DNA of 64,000 nucleotides. Origin: Paramoeba atlantica. Its lineage: Eukaryota; Protista; Discosea. Positions within the stretch are counted from its first letter, which is position 1. Each line of letters begins with the position of its first letter. The DNA lies in NCBI GenBank assembly GCA_977017575.1, contig CDRNVI010000164.1, positions 310,001 to 374,000 on the forward strand. The letters are read 5' to 3'. Positions 45,301-58,306 of the stretch are shown here, piece by piece. The notes beneath the pieces were generated by a model. That model did not search any database. It saw only the letters and a list, made by a program, of their open reading frames with translations, and was not told where the DNA came from. The translations under genes and the position numbers were made by a program.

Positions 45301-48300
45301 GTTGGATCAAGACATGGTTGGGGTCCGGATATTGCAGAACAGCAAGAACATGTTGGATCGGTAAAATCTAATGAAAATACGAATTCAGGAGAAAATCGGG
45401 ACCCGCCTGCATCATAAGTGACACATCCAGATGATGAGGATTTTGTAAAGAGTGCTTGAAGAGCCCCCAAAGATTCTTCAGTTGGAGTTACTTGAAAGTC
45501 AAACTTTGGATCAGCAAGAGCAAAAAATCCCTTTAAAGTCGGGGACATAGATTCCAAAAAGCATTGCAGAAAGATAAATGATGACATCTCAGGGGTGTCG
45601 TCACAAAGTCCGGTCAAGTAATTACATTCGGGTTGGTAATTCGGGGAATTCTTAATGCGAGATTCAATTATACAATCACCATCACTCTTACACACTCTTC
45701 CCCTCTTGTTTGAATCTCTCTCAAGAGCTTGTTCTTTACAAGATTTGTACCAATAAAGGGGGTCTCGATCAAAAGTCCCACATAATCCCTTTGTAACGTG
45801 CGATGTATCAATCTCATAGTCAACCAAATTTAAATTAAGACACGCTTCATCTTCGTCATTTTCCAAAGGGCAAAGATTTTCGTCTTCTTTCACACCTCCT
45901 CCTCTTCTCCCTGCAACAGAGCTGGAATTTCTTTTTTCATTTAAAATAGCGTTAAATTGTGCCTGACAAGCAACCCATGTATTATTAAACCGAATTCCAT
46001 CAAGTTCAATCAATGTTGAAAGTAAAGATCCAAAATCAATTGCAAGAAGATCATTAATATCTCGAACCTCGTTGAGGAGTTTGTTGGTCTGGGCATCCAC
46101 TCGATCTGCTAGCTCCATGAAGAGATTGGTATCACAAACAATCCTTTTTTGGGTAGGGCAAATTATTCGATCTGGTGCCAATTTCCGCCCATTTTCGTCG
46201 ACCAAACCCCTTCCGAAATACAAACAAAATTCATCTCTATTCTTATCAACAAAAATCTCATTCACGAAAACATAAAGATTGTTGGGATTAGGATCAACTA
46301 ATGATGGAGTCACTAACACTACTTCAGCAAGGATTTCAGCAAATTCCTTTGGTTTTTTAAAATCTAAGGGATTCAAAATATTCCCAGTCGTACTCCCAGA
46401 CCAAACTACATGCTTTAACTCATCATCACCAGCAAATCGGAAGACCTCCTCAGTGTTCATTCGGTGCGCGGCATCAAGGGCGGGTATTGACTGTAAGTTG
46501 ACAGTTGTGATATTGATGATTGAACTCACCAAGACATCTTCTCCCAAAACGGAAATTGTCTCACCAACAAGATCACAAAAATCCATTGTACCCCCATGCG
46601 GTAACACAATCTCTTCGCCCTCCTTGGTATGGTAGGATACCCTCCCCTGGAAGGAGTTGAATTGGAAATCAAGAACACAATGTCCTTCTTTGATTGTAAT
46701 AGAGTTTTCAGAGAAGTCTCGAACGTGAAAATAAACTGAATCAGGGGTTGGAGGGGGAAGATCGACAATTCGAGCAATAATCACATAAGAGAGAACATCA
46801 GCAGACACTACAGAGATAAAAATTGTCCCAAAACCCAAAGGATAATCAGGGCAGATGAGAACATGTTCACCCCCGTCCTCTTGCTCTTCAAATTGGGCGT
46901 TGTCGATCTCTGGTCCATCAAAACCTACAAAGAGCTCTGGGTCTCCAGAAATAGGCATCACTCTTATCTAAGGGGAAAAATTTTAGAGAACAAAAAAGAG
47001 AATCGACCCCAACTAATTTATGTTGTAAAGAAGGGAATGAAAGTTCCAAAAACAAACCAAAACAGCTTTTGAATGGTCCTCTGCAAAAAAGCGAAATTGT
47101 TGGGTTTGGTGGCCGTCTTGGAATTCAATTGTTTTCTCCACTCCATCTTCAAGTTTGATAAAATTCCCATTTGGAGGTTTGGGTCGAATTTTAAAGCAAT
47201 TTTCTTCCACAGCAACGGGTTGAGTATAATCGCAGCTGGGGAGAAGAAAAGGCCTGAAAACAGTTGTAGGAGGGCAATTCACTGTCTCAAAAATATGTGG
47301 GGCACGATCAAAATTTGTTTCAATCTCAAAGGTAGAATATGTCTCATGCAAAAAGCGGAAATCTTTGTGGATCCAAGTCGAAAATTCATCTTGAACGACT
47401 GGAGGAGGGGGTGACGGTGATGAGAGTGGTGGAGGTGGGGGTGATGGAGGTGGAGGTGGAGGTGGTGGAGGTGGAAGTGGTGATATCAGTGATGATGGTG
47501 GCGGTGGTGGGAGAGGAACTGGAATGCATGGCTGATTGAAAAAAGAAAGGGAACAAGGAAAGCATGACAGTGCGTTGTTTTGTAGATGAACCCAATAAAA
47601 ATTACAAAAGCTACCATTGACCAAGAGCTCTCCAGCCAGTCGGTTGGAAGAAAAATCACAAAACAAACAACCGCCCTGTTGAATGAGAGAAGAGATCACT
47701 TTCAACGTTGAACTTCCACTCAGCCGATTTTCGTACATATTCTGAAAAGAAAATTAAAATTAGAAAGGAGAGAAATGGAAAATAGAGAGAAGGAAAAAGA
47801 CCAAAGATGCAAGTCTCAAATCTGCAAACTCAAGGGGCAGAGAAGAAATCTGATTTCCTGCTAAATCCCTAATCGAGTTTGAATTAGATTCACACCAAAT
47901 GAGTTAAAAATTAATGAAAGATCACAAAAAAAAAAACACAAAAAAACACAAATTTGATTGAACAACATTAAAGTATTCAAAAAAAGCTTTCGAACAATTC
48001 TTGAAGGCCTGAAAGTTGGAAGATCTCCTGTGGAAAGGATGCAAATTTGTTATTTCTCATGTCTCTATGTGAAAAAAAATGAGAGAAGATCCACTCAAAG
48101 AAAGCTCAAAAAAAAATTTGTACAATGTGAATAAGGCTTTCAAGCTTGTTATTTCAATCGGGAAAGAAGAGATTGAATTTTCATCCAGAGACCTTTTGAG
48201 GAATTTGAGTGATATTTCTTTTCACAAAAGAAAGGAGGGTAAAAATACATACAAAACTTTGAGATTTGGGACATTTGATATTGAGGAAGGAATGGTTGTT

Positions 48301-48847
48301 ATCCAACGATTGGCACCGAGGAATCTAAGAAGAAAAAAGGACTTCAGTGAAAGAAAAAAAAAACGGAAAGAAATTGGAAAGAAAAGGGGGAAACATGTTC
48401 TCAAGTTTTGGTCGTGGGTGGGGGAACTGTGGAAAACATTTCACATTATTGTCAGGCATTTGTCTGTCAGAAATCAAAAGAGAAAAGAAAAAGATTAAAT
48501 TAAAAAAATTCAAAATACTTTTCTCCAAAAAAAGAAAAGAAAAAAGAAAAGGATCAAAAAAAAACAAACAGAGTGACAACAACGCCTTCCTCACAAAAGA
48601 CACCAAGCCAAAAACAATGATCACTTGTGCCCCAAGGACTCAATTGAAACCACTCTCTAGTTGCTCCACCACACTCTCTATGAAATTGGACCAACCACTC
48701 TCGATCTTTCTCTCTTTCTCTCTCCAAATCACTCTCGTCTCTCTTTTCTGTTTGAAGCTGTTTTGGAATCTCTCCCCTCTCTTTCTCATGGGTCAAATTC
48801 CCAACACACACCCCAAATAAAAAGAGAAAGACAAAGAAAGACCACAT
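42379..48847 (-). CDS. Large receptor-like protein: signal peptide, LRR N-cap and LRRs, Pro-rich linker, Cys-rich ectodomain, C-terminal ~7TM region (multi-exon)
   Basis: MWSFFVFLFLFGVCVG signal; WLVQFHRECGGATREW...WGTSDHCFWLGVFCEEGVVVTL N-cap; single-LRR exons (SLDENSISSFPIEITSLKALFTL, DMRNNKFASFPQEIFQLSGLQEL, DLAGNQISSLPLEF); poly-Pro at 47400-47520; Cys-rich ORF 44415-46961; about seven hydrophobic helices in 42379-43200. Confidence 0.75.
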
Positions 48848-49141
48848 CTCTCCAAAAACCCCTTCTCTTCCCAAAGAGAAAAGAGAGAGAGAGAAAGAGA
48901 ACCAGTTCTTGCGAGAACGATTAGAGACAAAAAGCAGAGAATGGAAAGGAAGAAATTAAAACAGTGCGCAAACGATTTAATTCCTATCTTTGATACCAAG
49001 AAAAGTCCTCGAAATAGAGGACACCACAAATATAGGTGTCCCCCCTTCTTTTGTTCATTCTTTTTTGGGTTGAGCGTTTGTTGTTTCTCGAAAGGAAAGA
49101 AAAAGGAGAGAGCAGAACAGAAGAGAACAACCTTCTGAAAG

Positions 49142-52100
49142 ATGGCAAATAAATTTAGGAACGTTGTTGCCAACGCAGCGAAGGCCCCTATCACACTTGT
49201 TGGGACAGATCATGATAAGGTTGCTTTTTTCTTTGATTGATAGGTTTTGACGTCGATTTTGATATTTATTTTTTGATCTTTTCTTGGACAATAACAATTC
49301 AATATCCAATTGAACACAATCAAAATTGAAGGTCTTGGATTCGTTGGGGCTTGAACTAAATTACCCATCTGGAAGTGATGCCACAAGAGGAAAGGCAGTT
49401 CTTGCTCGGCTGGTTTCTCCGATTGTTCAAGGTTTTTTCTTTAATTATTCAGAGAAGAGATTTTATGAATTATCCACTCAAAAAGAATCGAAAAATGAGA
49501 GAAAAGGGGTCAAAGGGTATATTTTTTGACCTTCCTTCATTTCAATTAGAGAAAGGGTATAACAGAAAAGTTATTTCTGCGGCAACAAAAGAGTTTCTCC
49601 AAAAACTTGAAGGACAATCAACAGAGGATCGCCTTGCAAAACTGACTGCGCCCCCTCCAGGCGTTCGAGGTTCTTCTTTCAATCTTTTGTTTTTTAGAAG
49701 AGAAAAAGAAAGAGAAAAAGAAAGAAAGAAAAGTCCAAAAAGATCAGATTTCTTTTTTTCTTTTCTCTTTCTAACTTAATTCTCAAAACAAACAAAACAA
49801 AACAGGATTCCTTCGAGACCTCTGCCTAAAACATTTCCTCCTCAACAGCGTGCAACTAAGCAACACATTCGCAGAAGTCTCTCTCTCATCCGAAGAACAA
49901 ACCAAAGTCGCCCACACAATCTACATTTGCATGGAACTAAACGACGAAGCCCCCAAACAACATGTCCTTCGATACATCGAAAATTTATGTATGGCCATCA
50001 TCTCTGCGTTGGGAGAAATCAATGAAATTTCGTTGATATCGGTTGTGTTGGATAACAAGGAGGTTTTTCCTACAAAGTATCGAAATATGGCAATTATGAA
50101 TCGGATGAGAGATAATAATTTTCCTGAGTTGGAGATTTTGAAGGAGCATGTTTTGGAGAGTTTGAAGATTGAAAAGGAGAGGAGGATGGATACTATTGAT
50201 TTGAGTGATATTTTGGATGTTTTTGAAAAGCATCCTGAGACTTATATTGAGGTTTTATTTTATTTTGATTTTTATTTCTTTATTTTTTTTTGGAGCTACA
50301 AAATTTGTTTTGTTTTCTCTGATTTTGAGTTGTTTTTTTTTTAATAACTAAAATTTTTCAAATAATCAATTTCCAATTTTTCTATTTTATGATTAAATTT
50401 AATATTGATTCTTTTCACTAAATCCCTTTTTTCTTTTCCCCCTCTTTTCCTCTCTCCCCTCTCTCCCCTCTCTCTCTCCTCTCTCTTTCTCATCTCTTCC
50501 CACTCTCATTCCAAGGCGCTGGCAATGGTATTAAAACCACAACTGCAAAAGCAAGGAGGAGAAGAATCAGAGAAAGCAACTGAGGCTCTTGATCGATTGA
50601 TTAATTTTTTGAAAAAGAGACTTGATCTTTCGAGGAAGGAGAAGAAGATGAATATTTTGTTGGCTCATTTGAGGAAACATCCTGGTTTTTTTTTTGATTT
50701 TTATTTGTTTTATTTTATTTGTTTATTTATTTATTTTTATTTTTTTTCTTTATTTATATTTATATTTTCTTCTTTTATTTTTTATTTTTTTTGATTTTTA
50801 TTTATTTTTATTTATTTTATTTAAGGAATATTTTTCTATGATCTTATCTCTTAAGTTTTGTTTTTTTTTCTTTATTTTTTGTTTTTTATTAATTTTTTTT
50901 GTTGTTTATCCTTTTTTTTTGCCTCAAAAAAGTTTTCTTTTTTAGGAATGTTACTCGCAACAGAAATTGCAAAGTTAGTTTCGTTTGGAGAATTGTACAA
51001 TCTTTTGGTTCGTGTTTCTCGTGAAATGATTTTGGGAGAAACAGGTGGGATGCAATATGCTGAGGATCTTGTTCGAGAGGTTGTTCTTACCTTTTTTTTT
51101 AAGAATTAATTTTTATTTTTGTATTTCTTGAATAATTGTGAAATTATTTATTGATTATTTCTTTTATTTCTTGTTTTAAAAAGTCACAAATTTCATCTTA
51201 TTTCAAGAATAATAACAACGACGATTTTTTAGGGATTTACAGCTCATAAAAAAAAGCAAGAAAACAAAGAAGAGGAAGAGAAAGAAGAAGAGAAAGAAGA
51301 AGAAAGCGATGGTTTTGGTGTGTCTGGTCTGCCATCAATAAGTGAAATTCGTGTGGCTTTTGATTTAAAACCTTTTCTCTTTGACTCAAAAGGAAAACAA
51401 ATCCAAAATTTGTCCACTAAAAGTCGTTCACATAGGTTTTTCTTTCTATCTCTTTTCTTTTTGTTTTGTCCCTTCTTTCTTTTTTCATTCTTTTGTTTTT
51501 TTCTATTTTTTTTTTGTGGAATTCTTGGAGTTTGAATTATTCTTGTTTAATAATTATTCAGTATTGTTTGATATTCTAGAACTTTATATCCAATTAAAAA
51601 TAAAATAATTCTTTTTTTTTGCAGTTACATCGCCGAAATCCTTTTACTCCCCTTCATTAAAGGGCTCTACGAAGCCAAAGCCAAATACCTCAATTTTACT
51701 CTCGAAACAGATAAGATTTTTGATGAATACATCAACGAAGTTAACGAAAAAGCCTCAACTACCGTCTCTCTTGATGTAAAACTCACACAACGAAAACGAA
51801 AAGAGACTCTTTTGAGATTGAAAGACATCTTAGCAACAACTCTCACCGAATTGAGTCGAGCTCCAAAAGAAAAGAAAGAAGAATTATACGGAGTTGTGGA
51901 TGGATTATTAGACTCAGCAGAGAAATTATTACTTGACCGGAGTCGATTTGAGAAGGCAGTTGAACAGGATTTAATTTCATTAAAAAAGAACTCTTCCAAA
52001 AGCCCAGCAGAATCAAGAAGATTGTATTTAATGGCCTCAGATGCCCCACCAAATGGGGTTCGAGCTCCTCCATCCCCATGGACAGAGTTCTTTTGCCAGG

Positions 52101-52752
52101 ATATTCGAGCGATGAAAAGTATTTTTAAGGCTGGTCTTGCTGTTGCTTCGAAGGATACTATTGCTTGGTTGGTTAGTACTTCAGTGACCAGGTAAATTGA
52201 TTCATTTATTTTGTTTTTCGAAAAAAGACCTCATTTGAATTTTTTCTTTATTTTTTTTTTGAAAATAATTTTAAATGTCTTTTTTCTTTTCCTTTCCTCA
52301 GAGTTGTCTCCCATTCTCTCGCCCTAAGTGATAAAAACAAAGAAAAGTTGCGACACAGCAAAGACTTCCAATTTGTTGTCAAATCAGTCTATCTGAACCT
52401 CTCTCCTGGTCTTGTCGAATCTCTCAAAGAAAGTGTGTTTGATTTATTAGCTGGGACTTATGATTATGTACATTGTAAACCAGATGGACCAAGTATTGAA
52501 AAATTGTGTGTTAAATTATTACAAATGGTTCGTCCTTTTATTGCAGAATTTTTTAGATGGTTGCATGAGGTGAATGGAACACATTTGTATTCTTCTTTGG
52601 TTGGGAAAGCGGCTCCTCCAAAGTTTCCTGTCACAAATGCTCCTTGTACTTTTTTTGGTTCTTCTCCTTCTTTTACTACATCTTCTTCTGGGTCAACTCC
52701 TTCTTCAGATTCGGATCGGGGTTCTTGTGAAGGAGGGTGGAAATTGTGGTAG
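49142..52752 (+). CDS. Large hypothetical alpha-helical protein (about 9 exons)
   Basis: Successive open exons separated by GT-AG T-rich introns (MANKFRNVVANAAKAP..., ...GFLRDLCLKHFLLNS..., ...RLKDILATTLTELSR..., ...KLLQMVRPFIAEFFRW); no recognised domain. Confidence 0.6.
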
Positions 52753-52848
52753 GGTCCAAAAAGAAATAAATAAAGTTTTTGTTAAATCGATGAAACCACT
52801 TCTTTTTCGAGAAGGCAAAAAAAAAGAATCTTTTTTTTTGTTTTCTCT

Positions 52849-54924
52849 TTATTTTGCTTTCTCCCAGAATTGAACTGTCTTTGTCTTCTGATCAGAAACA
52901 ATGATTCCACCTCCAAAATCAACACAAACCCCAAACGGACTCTGAGACTGACCCGAACCAAAAGAAAAGAGAAAAGTTCCATCTTTCTCAAATACACAAA
53001 CTCTCTTATTTTCAGAATCAGCAACAACAATCCGATCTCTTCCATCAACTGAAAGACCAGAAGGACCATTCAATTTCGAACCTCGTGAATCTTTCGATCC
53101 AAAAGTTCGAATAAAATTTCCTTCGATATCCATCACCTGAATTCGATGATTCCAATAATCAGAAACAACAATATTTCCCTCCTGATCAATTGCAATTCCA
53201 TTTGGGGTGTTAAATTGACCTTCAGAATTCCCCTTCGAACCAAAAGAACGGATAAAAGTTCCATCACTTTGGAAGACTTGAATTCGGTGATTTCCAGAGT
53301 CAGCAATAATAATTCGACCTTCTTCATCAATTCCGACACTTGATGGTTCCAAAAAAGCGCCTTCTTCTGAACCTTCCCCCCCAAACATATCGAGGAATTG
53401 GCCATCTTTATCCAATATTATAATTTTACAGAGCTCATAATCAACGATAACAACATCTTCGTCAACTCCGATCGCAACATCAATTGGATCTAGAAGCATT
53501 TCAGCTGGTGCAAACTCTCGAATAAACTTCCCCTCTTTGTCCCACAAAGTAACATTATGTTTACCCTCAACAACGAGAATCTTCCCATCACCCGTCTCAA
53601 CCATTCCCCACGGAAATCTCTCCAACTGAACAAGAGAAACAAGTTCAACCCCCGAAGTCACCACTCCCCTCTTCTTTGTTGAAGACCAAGAAGCCTCTCT
53701 CGCAATATCGATTGCAGTTTGAAACACAGTTGAAAACACTCCTTGATCCAAAATAGAACTGTCTATTGGTGTTTGGGACAATCGACCAATCGTATTATAT
53801 CTCATTCTTAAATCGTCCAACCCCAATCCCATTTTTGCGATCTCTGATTCTTTTAATGCCAATTGAATTCTCAGACTTTCCACTTCCTCTTCTGTCTCTT
53901 TCTTTGTCCCTCCAAGAACATCCATCTCCTTCTTTAATGTCTCTCCAATCTCTAAAATCTCATCTCGCTTTTTCTGAGCACTCTTTTCAAGAGGAACAAC
54001 CATCTCTTTATGACTTTCGTGCGTCTCCAAAACACAGGAAAGACAAACAAAAACAGAACATCGAAAACAAAAGCCACTCACAAAAACAGAAGAGTGTTCA
54101 GAACAATATTTCTTCATCTCAATTAAACTACCATCATCGAAATTGTGACCTCGGTGTTGTTGTTGTTGTTGTTGTTGTTGTTTTTGTCGTTTGTGGTTTC
54201 GAGAAAAGATGGTGGAGATGTGAGAAGGGTCGCAAGAATCGCAAATGAACATTTCGCAATTGGGGCAAAACATTGAAGTTCTCTCTCCACAACTCTCGAA
54301 ATTGATACATTTTGAATCTTCTATTGTTGATTTTTAAATTCAATTTACCAAGAAGAGAAAAAAAACTGGACAGAAACCTATCTGTTTTTTCAAAGACAGG
54401 ACTCCCTCAGAAACAAGAATCTGAATTGTTTCAGGAATCAAATAATTTTGATCGAAAGAGTCAACCGATTCACATTTAAATATTTTTCGACAAGAAGGAC
54501 AACAACAACCATCACCTCCTTTCTTCTCACTCTCTTCAAAATCATCACTTTCTTTTCTTTTCTCTGTATTCGCAACGATGCTGCTCACGGATCTTCTTGA
54601 AGAACCTGGATCCCTTGGGATGTTATTGAGAGAAGACGAAAAGGAAGAAGAAGAAGAAGAAGTAGGTATCGTAGAAGAAGGAAAAATCGTCTCTTGAGAA
54701 GGAGAAGAGAGAGAAAATAATTGTTTGAGACAATCAGAACAATAAGAATGCCCACAAGGAAGATCTCTAGGAACTTTCTCCAAACTCATCAAATCAAAAC
54801 AAATTCCACACTCAAACCCTCCATAAAATTCACTCTTCTTCTCATCATCATGTCCTCTCTTTTCTCTTTTCACTCCCCTTTTCTCATCTCTCTTACCCAC
54901 CCGTTTCCTCTTCCCTTTTTCCAT
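52849..54924 (-). CDS. TRIM-NHL-type protein (RING, two B-boxes, coiled coil, NHL repeats)
   Basis: RING CGICFDL...LPCGHSYCSDC...CPSCR; B-boxes FCPNCEMFICDSC...H and CSEH...FCFRCSVFVCLSCVLETHESH; coiled coil; NHL repeats such as FNTPNGIAIDQEGNIVVSDYWNHRIQV. Confidence 0.88.
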
Positions 54925-55158
54925 TTTTGAAAAAAACCAAAAAAACCGAAAAAACTGTTTGTGACCTTTTATGGAAATTTAAATTTCCCATAAAAGGTAC
55001 TAAATGGTTTCATTCCCGCACTCTTCCTTTTTTCACCAAAATAATTTCAAACCAAAATGAAGAGATCTTCTGTTTTTTTCTGGGAGTTCCATTCAGAAGT
55101 TCAATGGAGGAATTTTTTGACCCAAATCATTTGTTAAATATACCAAAAATAGAAAAAG

Positions 55159-55746
55159 ATGCATACAATTAAGTGTGTGGCAGTTGGAGACGGAGCGGTT
55201 GGAAAAACTTGCTTGTTAATGTTGTACACAACACGCTCTTTCCCAGAGGAGTACATCCCAACAGTTTTCGACAATTACGGAACCCACTGTTATGTCGATG
55301 GAAAACTAATCAACTTGGGTCTGTGGGACACAGCAGGCCAAGAGGAGTATGATCGATTGCGCCCTCTTTCCTACATCGGCACAGATGTTTTCTTGGTATG
55401 TTTTTCGGTAATGTCTTTAGCTTCCTTTGAGAATGTCCGATGCAAGTGGATTCCAGAGATCGAACACTATTGTCCTTCTGCAAAAATTATTCTTGTAGGA
55501 ACTAAGTGTGATCTTCGATCTGACGCTTTTGCGATCTTGGAGATGGAAAGCGGTTGGGAACCGATTTCGAAAGAGACGGGAAGCGAGCTTGCGAAAGACA
55601 TTGGAGCAAAGTATGTGGAGTGCAGTGCAATGGTTTCCCAAGATATCAGACATGTTTTTGATGAAGCAATTCGTTCAGTTCTTTATCCACCTGCCAAGAA
55701 AATTAAGCCACCGAAAAATAATCGTTGTGGTTGTATTTTGCTGTGA
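55159..55746 (+). CDS. Rac/Rho-family small GTPase, intronless, CAAX CILL
   Basis: [39 protein letters not shown] and ECSA. Confidence 0.95.
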   Translation: MHTIKCVAVGDGAVGKTCLLMLYTTRSFPEEYIPTVFDNYGTHCYVDGKLINLGLWDTAGQEEYDRLRPLSYIGTDVFLVCFSVMSLASFENVRCKWIPEIEHYCPSAKIILVGTKCDLRSDAFAILEMESGWEPISKETGSELAKDIGAKYVECSAMVSQDIRHVFDEAIRSVLYPPAKKIKPPKNNRCGCILL

Positions 55747-55974
55747 GGTATGAAACCAATCGGTGAAAGAGAAACCATTCTCTGGTTCAAGGAAGAGCGA
55801 ATTTGAACATCTTCTTCCTTTCAGCCCCCAAATTTCAGGATTGGCGCTTTTTTTTGTCTTGTCTTGTCTAGGTAGCTATTTATCATGTCATTCTATCATC
55901 CTTCTTTAAAGGATGACAGTCCCTTCTCTTTTCTTTATTTAAATACAAATACAGTCGTGTTCTTTCTTTCCGTC

Positions 55975-58037
55975 TTAAGATGTGTTCTGAAGAACAATCC
56001 TGGCAATAGATTTCCAAGAAGGATAATCTTTTCTTGAATAAAAATTCACAACTTCTTCAAATTTGAAATGAAGACCATATTTGAGTGCTGATACCTCAAC
56101 AAGTCCTGTCAAAGCCAACATATCCGCTCTTGTTGCTATTTTGAACAAAGAAAAAACCAAAAAGAAATTATTTTTAAAAAGAAGAGAGGAAAAAGAAGAG
56201 AAAATGAGGATAAAATATTTAAAAGAAAACCTGTGAGATTTTCATTGACAGGATTACCATGAAGATCTGTTCGGGGATTGCGATTCCATCGATTGAATGT
56301 ATGAAGAGTGTTATCTCCTGTTTCGTTTGCGAGGACTGTCAGCGCCACCGTTCCATTTGAAGACTTGGAAGAAGAAAAGATTTCATCAGTTCAGAAAGAA
56401 GAAAGAATAAAGTATTAAAAAAAATATTTAAAAAAAATATTAAAAAAAAACCTCCAAATCTTTCCTCAACCAATAACCACCATTTTTACAAATCTTATTC
56501 CCCTCAATCTCCAACCTCACAACCTCACTCTTCACAAACTGCCGACACAACATTGGAAGTCTTAACCAAGTTTTTGGATCATTTGGATCATTTGGATAAG
56601 TTACAAGTATTTGATAAAATGACATTTCCTCTTTAATTAAATCCATGCTCATGTCTTTTGGGGGAAGTAGCTGGACGGGTTTTTTGAGAAAAAAGAAAAG
56701 GAATGAAAAAAAAAAAAGAAAAATGGACCTTTCCCGTTCGAAGAAAATTTAATACAACAGCAAATGCATCCCCATCTCGATCCACATAAACATATCCATC
56801 TATTTATCATTCAAAATACAAATATTAGTTCAGTTCTGGTCCCTTTTCAAGAAAGAGAGAATGAAAAATTAAATCAAGATGAATGGTACCTTCATCAAGA
56901 AGGGAAGGCAAAGAACCATCCAAGTGTCTCTCTAACATTCGAGTCAACATATTTTCTCCCTACAAAACATTGATTAAAAAGGAAAAGAAAACATATAAAG
57001 AAAAGAGATTGATTTGAAAAAGGAAAAAGAATAAGAATAAAAGAAAACGAGTGATCAAAAAAACCAACCTGAGAAGCTAAAGTTGTCCAAGAAGTAACAT
57101 ACCGTCGACCACCAACATTCAATTTAACCATCTTCTCCCCTCCTCTCTCCCCTTTTTCTCCTTTTTCTCCTCTCTCAGTTTTCTCAGCTCTTTCTCCTCT
57201 CTCTCCTTTTTCTCCCCCTCCACTACTCTCAAAATTCTTCTCAATCTCTCTCCCCCAACTCCCAGCAATAACTCTCCCACTCTCCTCACCTCCCTCTCCC
57301 TTCTTCCCATTCATAATCGGTATAAAAATAGTCGTAGTAATAGAAGAAGAAGAAGAAGAAGGAGAGGGACTTTCATCACATCCACCCTTTGTAAGAAGAC
57401 CCAAATCTCCAACACTCCGACTACTACTACTCGATCCTCCGTTATTGCCAACTCCGATTCCACTCTCATTTTCAAAGACAAAATCTTCCCCCAATTCAAG
57501 AAAGGAATCCCTCCTTTTGCTGTTGGAAGAGAAAACATTTTCCGATCCAAATCCATGGCCAGAACTAGAACTGGTTCCTCCAAACCCTCCGCTTCTATTG
57601 AAAGGAGAAGAAGGGAAAGTAGCAAAGGAAGAAGGAGATAGGCTACTAAAACCAGTACAAGGAGATGTAGAACCACTTTCTATTACACTTGTGGGAGAAA
57701 TAACCTCTTCTCCTCTTTCTCCTCCTTTTGTTCTTTTTTGACAGTGGCAACAACAAGTACAAACACGAAGTTTTCGAGAGGAAGCAGTTCTTTGATGTTC
57801 TTCTCCTCCCTCATCTGTTCCTTCTTCTCTCTTTTCAACGAAAGAAGCTCTCTTTTCCCGAGGAGATCTCTTTTCCTCCCCAGAACTCTCTCCTTTTGAT
57901 CTCTCTCTTTCCCCTTTCCCTCCAGAACGATTTCGAGAAGAAGAAGGAGGAGAAAGAGTCCCCGTTTGATCCCCATGTTTTACTCTTGAACCTTTCTTTC
58001 GATCCTTTTTCTTCTCATCTTCTGAGGCATGGAACAT
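55975..58037 (-). CDS. KCTD-type BTB/POZ protein with long low-complexity N-terminus (multi-exon, one probable frameshift near 56775)
   Basis: VKLNVGGRRYVTSWTTLASQ|GENMLTRML...|DGYVYVDRDG(D)AFAVVLNFLRTGK; the last part requires one extra G in a G-run. Confidence 0.75.
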
Positions 58038-58306
58038 GACACAAATCAACCACCCTGTGTTTTTGTCTCCTCCTTCTCTCCGATCTCTGTTCTCCTCTCT
58101 CTTTTACAACTTTTACCTCGTTTCACAACTTTCACTTCAAAAAAAAGGAGGAAAAAAATCTTTAAAAAATCCGACATAAAATTTCGGATTTTGAGTTTTC
58201 TCACTTTTGTTTGTTTTTGGATTTTCGTGTTTTTTTGTGTTTTTTGTGTTTTTGTGAGAGGGGTCGGCCGTTTGTCCTCTTCGTGTTGTGAAGAAAGGAA
58301 CAAGAG

